Counted from the stretch's first letter, positions 19,701-30,260 are shown. The stretch is DNA of 64,000 nucleotides from Prasinococcaceae sp. CCMP 1430 (GCA_013416795.1 RQSC01000031.1:147173-211172), one strand, 5' to 3'. Numbers and translations are program-made. Notes: generated by a model from the sequence alone, not told the origin.

Positions 19701-21520
19701 CGCGGCTGGCGCGAGTCATGATTGCTGCCGGACAGGCAGGCGCCGCTGCCGAGATGCTCTCAATGGCGGGCGATGCACTTGGCACAGCAGCGCTTGCTGC
19801 TCTCAAGCGGGACACCGGCGCCGCCCAGTCAGCTGAGGAGCTCTGCAAGGACGCCCCCAGGCCTGTTGACGTGGACCTATCGGAAGATGCTGAGCTGGAC
19901 GAGGAAGAGCACAACGTGGAGGAGGACAATCGCGGGCGCGTACTGCTCTCACGCGCAGCGCCGTCGTCCGGCACGGCCGAGCTCGCGCGAGCGCTCGTCG
20001 CAGCGGCGAGAGACCAGCTTGGCTCGCACAATCAAGAAAACGCGGCCGGTGCGCCGGCCGAGGGCTTCGGTGCGTTTGGAGCGTCCGGAGCGGAGGACGC
20101 GTCATCCCCCGTCGCCATGTGCAGCGACTTTGCCCTCGTGCGTCCGGGTGACGACGAGTCCGACTTTGCCATCGAGCAGGGTCTCAGCGCGACGATCAAG
20201 TGTGTTTCCGAGGATGCGGAGAGTGGATATGAACTCGTGAGCAAGATGACAAACGGCCGCCTTGACCAGTACGTGGCCGACAAGGCCAACGTCGACGGCT
20301 CTGGTGCCGCTGGTACGGCCGCCGCTCAGACCGCACAGGCGATTGGGAGCACTGCCGCCGCCTCGATCGAAGGCTCGTCAGGTGGTGATCAGCTCCGCGA
20401 GGCGCAACGGAAGTCTGCACCCCATGCCGAGGGCCCTAGTGGTGACTCGGACGGCGAGGGCGACTCGACGGCACGGGGCGCCGCCAATGTCAGCGCGCTG
20501 AAACGCGCATTGTCCGGCGCCCCGAACGCAGGCGACGATGACGACGGTGATGGTAGCAGCGCTGCAAAGTTCACCATCCGCATTCGCGACGCAGACGACG
20601 TGGTGACGCCCACGGTCGACAGAGATGCGCTGAAGGCGCTCACCACGATGGATTTGACCGACACATCAGGTATCGCGAGAAAGAAAGGCTTTCGCTTCCG
20701 CAGCCGCGGAGATTACAGCAGCAGTGACGACAGCAGCGACGACGATGACGTCGACTCCAACTACGATTCCGACTCGGATGGCGGGGGCAGCCTCGGCGGC
20801 GGCGGCGGTGCCCAACACCAGGTTGACTCAGAGACGCCTATCGCGCGACTGCGTGCCACTAGCGCCGCATCAATGCCAGTTTCGGTGCCGCCGACCGCTG
20901 GCGCAGCGGCTCTCATTGAGCAAGCGGCCAACATGCGCAAGCAGGCCACCGCTTTGATGGAGGCCAACAACCTCGGCGAGGCTCGCCAGTGGCTCTCCAC
21001 CGCGCTGGGTGACCTCGCGCAGGAGGACCTCTCGGGTCACTCCCAAGCAAGGAAGGAGGCGAGCTTGTGCGTGCGCTACACTGTTGCATGCGGTCTGCTC
21101 GCAGCAATCGACCGCACGGCGTCGGCGCAGGAGAAGGCGCGCCTCTCTCGCCAGATGGCTAGCCTGCCGCTGCTGCCCCGCCACAGGCTGCTGGCCCTGC
21201 GCGCAAGCGCTCAGCGAGACGCCGCGCTCGGCAACTGGGGCCTTGCCAAGCGTGCCATCGGGCGCATGCCAGCCGGCGTGCCGGGAGTGGCCAAGATGCG
21301 GGCGGTCGCCGCGCGCCACAACGACGAAAACGCAGACCCTCGCGCGGAGGCGACCAACCCAAGCCTCTTCTGCTGCGCTACCTTCGAGCCGCTCGAGCGC
21401 GCGTTCACCGCGTGCACACGCTGCGGCGCGCGCTTCAATCCATGCGGGGGCAACGAAAGCGGAGATCCCTGTGCGCTATGCCTCGCCGGCGTGCTGCGCA
21501 GCGCTGGCGCACGGCGCTGA
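16721..21520 (+). CDS. TWD40-1/TTRAY1-like scaffold subunit of the TPLATE/TSET coat complex (1599 aa, intronless)
   Basis: The N-terminus (MEW..., QP..AAHPVQP, AEFDAATGCRL, LAYSPT, HPRDPVLFVAYSDG) follows my recollection of Arabidopsis TWD40-1. Beta-propellers and an alpha-solenoid precede an alpha-COP-like C-terminal Cys cluster (FCCATF..CTRCGARF..CALC). Confidence 0.85.
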   Translation: MEWGVRSVSVPVSNAALAAGEGGGAAGSGATGGGGHAAAQPRVCAAHPVQPLCAAARGATVAEFDAATGCRLSAAPLQAPVVKLAYSPTHHHALICVLADYTLHRYTPLTGAVSPLYRPDKPSKDPLTECHLALPRCVPWVYFCAAGRSSVYVVPANATGALATRVSRAKPVTAMVAHPRDPVLFVAYSDGTLAAFDMDLPPTPPSAGKGRSKPKVESRPRWTAGEEGGGKRGPAARVIHSLCFHPRAGGRLLYAGDSMGAVTALAVVGGTPPRLLERTKCSRVAVRALSYAIPGGSDGVLLVLSAAGSVTGWEAAAQAGGLCRAPLPAVDGGHILALDADGPPRQLSALMESSGGATTARANISAIAATGGCGTVIALVSNLKPLQKQLPTTAIRTRRELLMIRRSAKELCAAGGLARESAEAQAARTVLEGALRAAGVRAPTAATLGRTPTIEDLVDAALYAGSCREGASGARTDQTAFVEPRVAILSLGVSSSGMQPFTAGIFTRSTTPVWYLIGGSAAQQARSPLDHSVPAFAFPNAYYFLEAGRRLGKYSLVDHLVGIKFTLPQDSNGAKRGAPAPKAVAIEESPAGDAWLVKYRRPAGGAGAGAQGTSMAVTALVRNTTPPNRIALRDCVDAAYLQEGRLALLVETADAGGMELHCFAPEDSRENATFLSAVPMSAVMLRAPATHVFRGHRASSLLLAGAGELRLVLAPPTDAVDEPGEGEQARLALLPAERVIDVTWQHMALSARQHDASSTPTVGAVLTTRRLLIVAADDLQVLAHATTPACADSPVGSPFPFHSCLWAGPCLLYSAAGGEVGALLWDSSVRKVASVDVGAGGAGAVALLACLQDRLIIGGINPVSGRAEISRRTVALMEPLTLALVTYARSEDPKTGARRMTDPELRSLLVSLVGSLDGSIAPRPALRSLCSMDLPDLAAAMVTSAHGAMAGDRFEVYLASHSFYEARSMLRDEYEHSSTYPLVPYGSQLAVRFARLARVMIAAGQAGAAAEMLSMAGDALGTAALAALKRDTGAAQSAEELCKDAPRPVDVDLSEDAELDEEEHNVEEDNRGRVLLSRAAPSSGTAELARALVAAARDQLGSHNQENAAGAPAEGFGAFGASGAEDASSPVAMCSDFALVRPGDDESDFAIEQGLSATIKCVSEDAESGYELVSKMTNGRLDQYVADKANVDGSGAAGTAAAQTAQAIGSTAAASIEGSSGGDQLREAQRKSAPHAEGPSGDSDGEGDSTARGAANVSALKRALSGAPNAGDDDDGDGSSAAKFTIRIRDADDVVTPTVDRDALKALTTMDLTDTSGIARKKGFRFRSRGDYSSSDDSSDDDDVDSNYDSDSDGGGSLGGGGGAQHQVDSETPIARLRATSAASMPVSVPPTAGAAALIEQAANMRKQATALMEANNLGEARQWLSTALGDLAQEDLSGHSQARKEASLCVRYTVACGLLAAIDRTASAQEKARLSRQMASLPLLPRHRLLALRASAQRDAALGNWGLAKRAIGRMPAGVPGVAKMRAVAARHNDENADPRAEATNPSLFCCATFEPLERAFTACTRCGARFNPCGGNESGDPCALCLAGVLRSAGARR

Positions 21521-21687
21521 GGCGCCGGCGGCGGCGGCCAAGGCCCTTCGTGCGCGCCCGATTGTACACCACGCGCCTCAGGCAGCGAGCCCGACCTCGC
21601 GCCGTTGTACAGGAATCTATGACACATTACATGCCAAGGCATGGCGCACGCTCGACGTGCGCGCAGCATCGCGCTCGGTGGCACCCA

Positions 21688-22132
21688 TCACTCAAAGCGC
21701 ACGTGGGTGCGCCCGCTGCAGGGATCGATGGTGACGCGCTGCATGGAAGAGCAGAGGTCCGCCTCGGCATTGACGTTGGCGTCAGCCTCCTCAATGTCCT
21801 CGCGCGTGTCGTGCGCCTCATCGGCGGCGGCGTCATCAAACGCGGGCACCTCAAAGTCGACGGCGCACTTGACCGCGGGCTTGCTCGTATACTTGAGCGG
21901 CGATGCTGTGGCGTTGATGGGCTTGAGCACGTTGGCATCGGGCGAGAACAGGATGCTGCTGATGGAGTCGTCCAGCCTCTTCAGGCTCGCGCCGCGCCGC
22001 GCGTGGCGGCCCGGCGTGAGCGCGGCAGCGGCGCGCGCGTGCTCCGACCACGGCCGCGGCGACGTCGTCGTCGTCGCCCCCCGTCGCGTTCCCCGCCGCG
22101 CGCTCCGCGCGCCTCCGCGCCCTCTCCGCCAT
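21688..22132 (-). CDS. Hypothetical about 150-aa protein rich in SP/TP sites
   Basis: The coding-like 3' part reads LKRLDDSISSILFSPD..SPLKY... The ATG at 22132 joins this frame only if one G is removed from the G-run near 22080 (probable homopolymer error). Confidence 0.45.
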
Positions 22133-22526
22133 CTCCCGCCGCGCAAGGAGGGTGGGGGGATGAAGGGGAGGAAGGAGGCCACCCGCCACTGGTGCCGTGT
22201 GGCGCCCCCCCGCGCGCGCGCCGCGCGCGCGGCCGTTTGCGCGCCGCTAACAACGCCCCACCCAACCGACGCTTTCCGGCCTCCTCTCCGGGCCTAAATG
22301 GAGATTGCGCCGTTCGGTACTGTATCTCGGTCGGTCGGTCGTCTGACTGACTCTGACTGATGCCGGTTGGCCGCGCGCACCCCCTCTCCCGAATCCCTTC
22401 CGCGCGCGCCGCGCCCGCTCCCGCGCGCGCTCCCGCGCGCCCCCACTGGCCTCGCGACCCAGAAAGCCGAGGGACGCCGCGCGCGCGCGCCGCCGCGACG
22501 AACGAAAACAACCAGGGGACAAAATC

Positions 22527-22738
22527 CAGAATGGTCACCCTTCCCCAAATGGTCACCCGTCGGTCGGGGAACCATTTTTTGGTATTGCTCGAGCGGGGGA
22601 GAAAACCATTCTGGGAAGGTGGAGGGTGACCATTCTGATGACTCCTGTGAGGGTTCCCATTCTGGGAAAATGAATCCAGATCAGTCATCCTTTTTGCACC
22701 AAAATCCCAGAAATGGTGTCCCGAAAGTCCCAGAATGG
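22527..22738. repeat. Cluster of about 8 (C)CCAGAATGG-like motifs in both orientations, including a perfect 14-bp inverted repeat
   Basis: CAGAATGGTCACCC 22527-22540 pairs with GGGTGACCATTCTG 22624-22637. Further copies occur at about 22547, 22571, 22605, 22656, 22706 and 22729. Confidence 0.8.
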
Positions 22739-23113
22739 CCCCCCGCTCGATGAATCCCCAACCAACCAAGCAAAAAATGTTTACTGTACTACCCGACGGG
22801 TGGACCTTCTGGGGATCAAATACCGGGGGGGAAAAAGGTGGCCTCGTCGCACGCGCGCGCGCACGCGCTCAGCGACGTGGGTGAGTGGCGGGCGGTGCTG
22901 GCTGGCCCGGGGCTCCGCTGGCAGGGGCGCCACCCAACCCGAACCACCCCCGGACGCGCGCCTCCGCGCGTAGGCGCCGCTCGGACTCGGGCGCCGCGGT
23001 GCCCAATGCGATTTGTCGTATGCTGTGGACCCTGATGGGGGCATTGGTGGGAAGAAAACCGAAATGCGGGCGGCGAGCGCGCGCGCGCGCGCGCTGCCGG
23101 CAACCGCCGACAG

Positions 23114-24185
23114 CGCCCGCCCGCGCGGCGGCGCGCGGCGGCGCACGCGGGCTCGTGGTATGACGCGCGCGCGGGCGTGCTGGGTCACGAGCTGGGCGCC
23201 TGGCTTGGGGCCGCCAAGGACGCCGCAAGCGACTCAGACCCCCCCGCAGGCGCGCCCGTGCGTGCCATCATTGCCCCGCACGCGGGCTACCGCTTCAGCG
23301 GGGAGACCGCCGCGCACGCGTACGCGGCGCTCTCCGCCGCGCGCTCGCGCGTGCGGCGCGTGTTCGTGCTAGGCCCGTCGCACCACTGGTTCACGCGCCG
23401 ATGCGCTCTCTCGCAGATGACGTCGTATGAGACGCCGCTCGGCGACCTCGCCATCGACGCGGACACGTACGCCGCCCTGCGCGAGACGGGCAAGTTCGAT
23501 ACCATGAGCAAGCAAGTCGATGAGGACGAGCACTCGATCGAAATGCACCTGCCGTACATCGTGAAGTGTGTCGAGCCGGGCACGAGGTACGTGCGCGCGC
23601 GGTCTGCTAAGCGTGCCTATCGGCGTGCGTGCGTGTTCGGTCCCTTCTGCTGCGCGTGGTGCGCCGCGATAGCATGTTCTTGGCGCGCCTGACACGCGCC
23701 GGCCCGCGCACGCGCTCGTGATTGCCCACTCGCGTGCTCTCAGTGTGGTCCCTATTCTTGTGGGCGCGCTCACGCCGTCGTCGGAGGCCGAGTACGGGGC
23801 GCTGCTCGCTCCGTACCTGGCAGACGATGCGAACTTCTTCGTCGTGAGCTCAGACTTCTGCCATTGGGGGCGCCGTTTCAACTACACATTCCACGATCCC
23901 TGCCACGGAGCCATCCACAGGTCCATAGAGGCACTCGACAGGCAGGGCATGGACGAGATTGAGAGCGGCGACCCCAGGGGATTCACACGATATCTGACAA
24001 GGTTCGAGAACACCATTTGCGGGCGGCATCCGATTGGCGTGATGATGAACATGGTCGAGGTGGGGCGAAAGCGCGGCGGCGCGGCGCTGTCGACACGATT
24101 CGTGAAGTACGCGCAGAGCTCGCAGTGCATGTCCACGGCCGATAGCTCCGTCAGCTATGCGTCGGCGGTCGTGTACGAGACCTGA
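23114..24185 (+). CDS. MEMO1: MEMO1 family protein
   Basis: HAGSWY, AIIAPHAGY, VFVLGPSHH, DEDEHSIEMHLP, VSSDFCHWG, NTICGRHPI, SSVSYAS. Intron 23587-23743 is in phase. The start codon is not resolved (GC-run). Confidence 0.93.
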
Positions 24186-24332
24186 ACTCCTTCTCACGAA
24201 GATGCGGTCGCGTCTGCCAGCAACCGCATGGCGCGCACGCGCCGGGGCGCGAGCGTGCACTGCACAAGGAGCACATGACGCACACGCGTTTGTATGAATA
24301 GTATACACATTATGAACAGTACAAAGCCGCTG

Positions 24333-26790
24333 CTAGGCGCACTCTGCGCGCAAGAACTCGGCGCCCATCATGGCCTGCTGTCGCGCAACCTTAACCTTCT
24401 CGTGCAGCTTGTTCTTCGTTGGCGCGATGATACCATCGAAGAAGGGGTGTTTCAGTGCCTCCTCGGCAGCGATGCGCTCTCCCGGCGCGGGTTCGAGCAG
24501 CTTCGACAAGAGGTCGTAGGCTTCGCGCAGCAAGGCGTCGTCCGTGCCCTTGGCTGCGCCCTCCCAGGCGGGAAGCAGCCTCCACGTGCCCGGCGCGCTG
24601 GTCTTCGCACCAGGCAGCGCCTGGCCGCTCACCTGGTGGCCGGGCGGCTTTTTGCGCTCGCGCTGCTCAGCTTCAGCGATCGCCAACTCCTCCTCCCACT
24701 TGGGCTCGGTGCAAAAGAGTGCCTGCCCGATCGCGCGCAGGCGCTCTGGGTACGCCATGCGATCGGTCAACTTCAGCCAGACGCTATCCTTGGAAACAGT
24801 TCCATTGGCCGCTTTGCTTTTCGCCTTGTCCAGAAAGGGATTCTTGAGCGTCTTGGCGTGGTGCGGATTGGGGTGCTTGAACGTAAGAGTCCTCTGTAGC
24901 GACTTGGCAGCTCTCGTGAGTCTATCCTCGCCCACGAGAGGCAGCATCTGGACGTGGCGTATGCACGGTTGCAAGGCATGAGTGTGCGAGATTATCGGTC
25001 AGCACGGGGATGCATATGCACGCGTCCCTCGTCGTGGCACGTGCGAGACGCGGCATGCGAGCGAGCGCGAATCGACGCGGCGCCATCACACAGACGTGTT
25101 GCACGCCTCGCACCTCGAACAGCGAGTCCAGGTCGTCACTGCAGCCGAAGAGCAAATAGTCACGGCCGCTCAGGAGGCACATGAGCATGATCCCGGCGGC
25201 CCACATGTCAACTGCCGTAGTTTGCTTTTTCACGCGCATGAGGACCTCCGGGGCACGAAATCCGCGCGTGCCTGCGCGTCCCCCGCTCACCGTGCGAGGC
25301 GCGACGCCCGAGCCACCCTGGGCGTACGCTGTCCCTCTGATCTGAGGCTTCGGCTGTGCCGCTGCTCGCCTGGCGTCTTTATTGTGCTCGGGCAGATGCC
25401 TGGTGGCGCGCTTATTGTGGTGCAGGGGCTTGGACGCATTCGGTGCTTGGGGCAGCTGGAGCTTTCCGCTCACCGCTTTCCCAACGCCCGCCTGCTCGAC
25501 CTGCCTCTTGCCGCGCGACGCTTGAGCGCGCGTCACAGGGCTCACAGGGTCCAGGCGGCCCTCGCCTGCCACCAATTCCTTCCCCTTGCTCGCACCGCCA
25601 GCCTGACCATGGTGCTGCTGCGAGGGCTGCTTGCGCTTGTCCTTACGCAGCTTGCGCACCAGCGCCTCCGCTTCCGTCTGTGCGAGGCCAAAGTCAATGA
25701 GGTACCCCTCCCTTAACTTCATGTTGTACAAGAAGTTTGAGGGTTTGATATCCCTGTGTATGACAGACAAGGAGTGCATCCCGCGCAGCGCGGTCAGGAG
25801 TGCCAGCATGTAGTGCTGCACATCGGACAGCTTGGCGTGACGGACCAGGTGGCGGAAGGAGTCATGGGCAAAGTGCGGGAACACTAGGGAGCAGCAAGGT
25901 GCGTCGACCCACTCAGCGCAAGCTTCGTCGGCAGGATCGGGCCTTTTCCCCCTGTCGCGCTGGTCCTTGATGCGCTCGAGGGCTTGCCCTGCCTCCAACC
26001 GCCGCCGTTTGGAGACCAGCTCCTCCTGCCCGCCCCAAACGCCCTCCTCTGCCCAGAGCGGGATAATGCATGGCTTGCCCTCGAGTTGTCGCAGATGTCT
26101 CACTTCGTTGTACACGTCAGCAGCCGTGCTGTCTTCGTAAATACGCTTGATGGCGAGCTCGACGTACAGCGCTCCCTCGCCATGCGTCACGAGGCGCTCC
26201 AACAGAGGGTGCCACGCGTCGCCCGCCCCGTCGTCCACGGCTGCGCCGCCCATGGCTTGAATGAATCTGCAGGCCTCCGAGTAGCTCGTCGCACCGAACA
26301 TGCGCACCGCTTTGAAGCACTCGCCGAAGCCACCGTTGCCGACTGTGGACACCACAAATGCCCCGCGCGCGGCGACGTCGAAGAAGGAGGGCTCAGCGAC
26401 GTATGGCGACTGGCTGATCTCCCTCGTGAGGCGCTTGATTTTGCCTTGGACGCTGCGCAGGTCGCACGGCTTCCGCTTCTGCGTGCCGCCAGCAGCGTCC
26501 AGCTGCCGCGGCAGGTCGTGTGTGCGTGCAACAGCGGGCATCGGCGGCGCAACTGGCAGGATGGGGGCATGGCTCCCCGGCGTCACCGCCGCCTGAGCCG
26601 TGCCGGCGCCCGAGCGCGTGGTCCGGCCTGGGTAGGGGGTCGCCGCCCGAGGGATCGCGCTTGGCGCCACCCCTGCCTCTCCTGCGTCCGCCAGCGCGCC
26701 CTCCTGCGGCGCCGGCACCCTCGCCTCGGCTTGCCTGCGCCTCTCCTGCAAGCGCGTGTTTGCGCAGGGCGTCCCGATGGCGGCCTGCAT
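24333..26790 (-). CDS. CDC7: Cell division control protein 7 (DDK catalytic kinase)
   Basis: IHRDIKPSNFLY...YLIDFGLAQ, a long kinase insert, AGTRGFRAPEVL..QTTAVDMWAAG. Exons 26790-25114 and 24947-24333 (GAG|GTGCGA...CCAG|ATG). Confidence 0.92.
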
Positions 26791-27108
26791 GTGGCCCGCG
26801 CCGACGGGCGTCGCGCGCGCACGGTCGGGGCGCGCATCCGCGCCCGCAGCGGCCGCCCCGCCCCGCTGCACCGCGCGCCGCCGCGCCGCGCGAGTGGCGC
26901 CACACGCACGCGGTGGGAGGCGCGGGGCAGCTGCTCGCGGGGCCGCCTGGCTGTCGGAGTGCCCCGCGGCGGGCGCTGCGGCGATCGTGTACGAGCGTTA
27001 CAGCGGGGCAGGTGGCGGTGGTGTGTGCGTGTGCGTGCAGGGGTGGGACGAGGAGGGAGGAGGGGGCGGAGTGGGCTCGAGGCTGCGTGTGTGAAGTCCC
27101 AGCTGGCA

Positions 27109-28296
27109 ATGGAGCCGGGGGGGATGGACGGTGGCGCCGCGGGCGGTAGTGGCGGCGCCGTCGCGGGCATGGGCATCAACGGCGGCGTCACTGCGTCCCA
27201 GGCGGGCATGCCTGGCGCGCGCAACTACCCGTCGGGCACCATGCACGGAAACGATCCGCTGGGAGGACTGCACATCCCTGGGTACGACCCAACGTACATG
27301 GAGCGCGCGATGCAGGAGTACTTCGACCGCCCCGAGAACAAAGAGGTCATGGAGGCGCACCAGAACAAGGAGTACCGCCGAGCGCAGAGGCTGAACAGAA
27401 AGATGAGAGCCCTCGAGTTTAAGGACAAGGTGCTGTCGGCACCATACGAGGCGCAGAAGAATGTCGCGCCGTTCCTTCAGAGCCGCACGCTGCGCAAGAT
27501 CGTGCAGAGCATGACGAGCGACTTGCAGAACGACTTCGCGAAATGGGCGACGAACCCGCTCATCCTGCGCGCGCTGCATGCGGCCAAGGAGCAGCTTGAC
27601 AAGGGCCAGATCACCGAGGACGAGCTCGAGCACAAACTCATCTCATACTTCAACTCGCCCGCCGCCGGCGAGGCCCATGAAGAGTTCAAGCGCAAGACCC
27701 GGCAGTTCGTGCGACTGGATACGAAGGAGCTCTGCTCGGCGCTCAATGAGCAGGTGCAGGAGCGCAAGAAGGGCAACCAGCTCTTCCGCGCCAAGAAGTT
27801 CGAGGAGGCACGCTACCATTACAAGCGCGCATACTCCATCACCACCTTCGTGCAGGGCATGTCCAAGCCTGACCAGGAGGAGCTCAACAAGTGCAAGGTG
27901 CGGGCGCGGACGAGGGCGCCACGCGCTCCGACTTAGGAAGCGCAGAGGCTTGCAGCTCTGCTGACGTGCCACTCACTCTGCGCGTCGATCGCTTAGGTTC
28001 TCTGCCAGCTCAATCTGGCGGCGGTAGCTATCGCTAAGAAGGAGTACGGCGAGGCGATCGAACTCATGACTGGCGCGCACAAGACGCAGCCCGACAACGT
28101 CAAGGTGCTGCTGCGCCGTGCAAAGGCGTACATTGGCAGGCACGAGTACGCCAACGCGAAGGCCGACCTCGAGAAGGTCAAGGACCTTGAGCCCTTCAAC
28201 TGGGAAGCTGAGGAGGAAATGATGCGGCTGCGTAAGGTCGTCGCCCTCGACAAGAAGGCGGACAAGGCCCTGTGCCACGCCATGTTCCTCGGATAG
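27109..28296 (+). CDS. TPR co-chaperone (FKBP51/ROF-type 3-TPR C-terminus) with STI1-like helical N-terminal region
   Basis: KKGNQLFRAKKFEEARYHYKRA / LNLAAVAI..KEY / NVKVLLRRAKAY..YANAKADL. Intron 27898-27996 (AAG|GTGCGG...TTAG|GTT). Confidence 0.85.
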
Positions 28297-28483
28297 AAAC
28301 CGGCCATTCGCGAGGAGGAGGCGCAGCGCGCCTACCGTAAACCAGAATCATTCACGTTCCACATCTTTAAGTATTTGTACATGTCACACAAGCCACAACA
28401 CACGGGAAAAACGAGCTCAGCCGCGAGACTCCGACGCGCACCGCGCGCTTCATGGGCGGCGGGGCCAACACAGGGCCTCCTCG

Positions 28484-29953
28484 CTACTCGTAGAATGCAG
28501 CGTAGCGCTCCTCAGTCCGCGCCACCCAGTCGTCCTCGCGATCCTTGCGCACGTGCTCGTTTGCAGGCAGGCTCTCCGAGAGGACCCAGCTGTCGTCCAG
28601 CGTACGGCAGCCATCGCTCGAGCGCAGTGTGGGCGTCGAGCAGCCGAAGTAGTCGCACCGTGTCTGGCACGAGGACTCCGGCGGCGCGGCGCGGGAACTC
28701 GACGACCACAGATCGCTCATGGTGTACGTGTCCAGCAGCGGCTCGGGGTCGATGTATTTGCCTACATCGTAATCCGTGTCGGGCATCGAGCCGCGCAGCG
28801 GCGCATAGGTCGGGCGATTGTTCCACTGCCTGTTGATGGTGTACGTGGGGAATGTGGCGTACTCGCCCTCGAAGAGATGCCCGCGCTGCACGCTCTCTTC
28901 GGGCTCGCCGTTCATGCGCTGGTACTCTCCGTAAGTATTCGGGTACACGCCCTTGGCCTGCCGCATGTCGTCGCTGCACGCTTGCGATCGCAGCGGGCAG
29001 CACTGCCAGCAATACTCGGCGCCTTCCTCATCGTTGCATGCCCCGGGTTCGCACGGCTTGCACGACGCCTCGCCCGGCTGGCCCGAGTATGGATTGAACG
29101 TCCCTAGCGGACACGGCGTGCAATGTGCCGCCCCGTCGTCCGAGTACGTCCCGGCAGCGCATGGAAGGCAGGCATCGGCCCCGAGCGACGCGCGCTCGAG
29201 CGGCTGGTGAGTGCCTGCGGGACAGAGCGTACATCGCGCGGCTGCCGCGAGCGGGTCATACACGTGCGGCGGCACACCGGAGGGCATGATCGCCGGAGCG
29301 AGCGCGCCGCCCGTCGCCGCGCGGAATTCCTCCGGTCGCGAGTAGGAGTATGTGCCGGGCGGGCACGGCGAGCACTCTCGGCCGAGCCCAGAATGCGGGT
29401 TGAACGTACCCGGCACGCACTGTTCGCATCGCGCCTTTCCGCTGAGCGTCTGGTGCCACCCGGGCGGGCACTCGACGCAGTGCCTCTGCCCGGGAAGCGG
29501 CTGCACCGTGCCTGGCGCGCACATCTCGCAGACGCACTCCTCCCACTCGATGAGCTCGCCCGGGCGGCCCAGCACGCCACTCCCGGGTGGCGCGCCGGTC
29601 GTCTCGGCGGAACGTTGCTCGCACGCCATGGGCGGGCATTGTGCGCCCGGGCAGCACCCGCGGTCCTCCCCGCGCGCGAGCGCCCGCGCGGCGTTTGTCG
29701 AAAGTCGGCCTGGGCTGTCGCACCCAAGTCCGCCTCCCCGCGCCCGGCGGCGGCCCCGCCGCGTGCGCGCGCTGTGGCATCTCCCCGCATCCGCATCCTG
29801 ACTCAAAGCGAGCCAGCCGAACGATGAGTACAGGATTGCCGACGTGGCTACTACGGAGGGGGCCCTGGAGCGAGGCCACGCGCGACTGGTCGCGCGGCCG
29901 CGAAGGACTCGTAACCATGTCTCTACATTGCCAGAAAGGCCCCCGCGGCACAC
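28484..29953 (-). CDS. Secreted/surface cysteine-rich repeat protein (ephrin-receptor-like / GCC2-GCC3 CxxCxxG repeats)
   Basis: Eight CxxCxxG repeats (CEMCAPG, CVECPPG, CEQCVPG, CSPCPPG, CTLCPAG, CLPCAAG, CTPCPLG, CKPCEPG). A hydrophobic segment lies upstream; the start codon is unclear. Confidence 0.75.
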   Translation of the reverse strand: MCRGGLSGNVETWLRVLRGRATSRAWPRSRAPSVVATSAILYSSFGWLALSQDADAGRCHSARTRRGRRRARGGGLGCDSPGRLSTNAARALARGEDRGCCPGAQCPPMACEQRSAETTGAPPGSGVLGRPGELIEWEECVCEMCAPGTVQPLPGQRHCVECPPGWHQTLSGKARCEQCVPGTFNPHSGLGRECSPCPPGTYSYSRPEEFRAATGGALAPAIMPSGVPPHVYDPLAAAARCTLCPAGTHQPLERASLGADACLPCAAGTYSDDGAAHCTPCPLGTFNPYSGQPGEASCKPCEPGACNDEEGAEYCWQCCPLRSQACSDDMRQAKGVYPNTYGEYQRMNGEPEESVQRGHLFEGEYATFPTYTINRQWNNRPTYAPLRGSMPDTDYDVGKYIDPEPLLDTYTMSDLWSSSSRAAPPESSCQTRCDYFGCSTPTLRSSDGCRTLDDSWVLSESLPANEHVRKDREDDWVARTEERYAAFYE

Positions 29954-30260
29954 CCCGGCCAGCGCCGCGCCCCGCTGTGGCTGGCGCTGGCCGTGCTTGC
30001 TGCGGGGCGGTCAGAGGGTGTGGATGGGCGGGACGCGTCCTAGTTCTGGTTCCGCGAACGCCCAGCGTGAGCCGGGCGGTCCCGTGGGGGCCTGTGAAAC
30101 ACGGCGCCGTTCCACGCCAGGAGACACCTCTCGGAAGAGTGGGGCTGCCTGGCGCTCGCCGACGCGCGTGGTGAAAGGCACGGCGCTGTTCCACGCGAGG
30201 AGGGCGTCCGAAAGACGGGGCCTGGTGGCGATCGCCGGCGCGCGTGTGTGCGCTGGGCTG

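Noticed and set aside
21981-22769. ORF with repeated QNG motifs
   Set aside because: It is just the translation of the CCAGAATGG DNA motif array and lacks coding-like codon bias.
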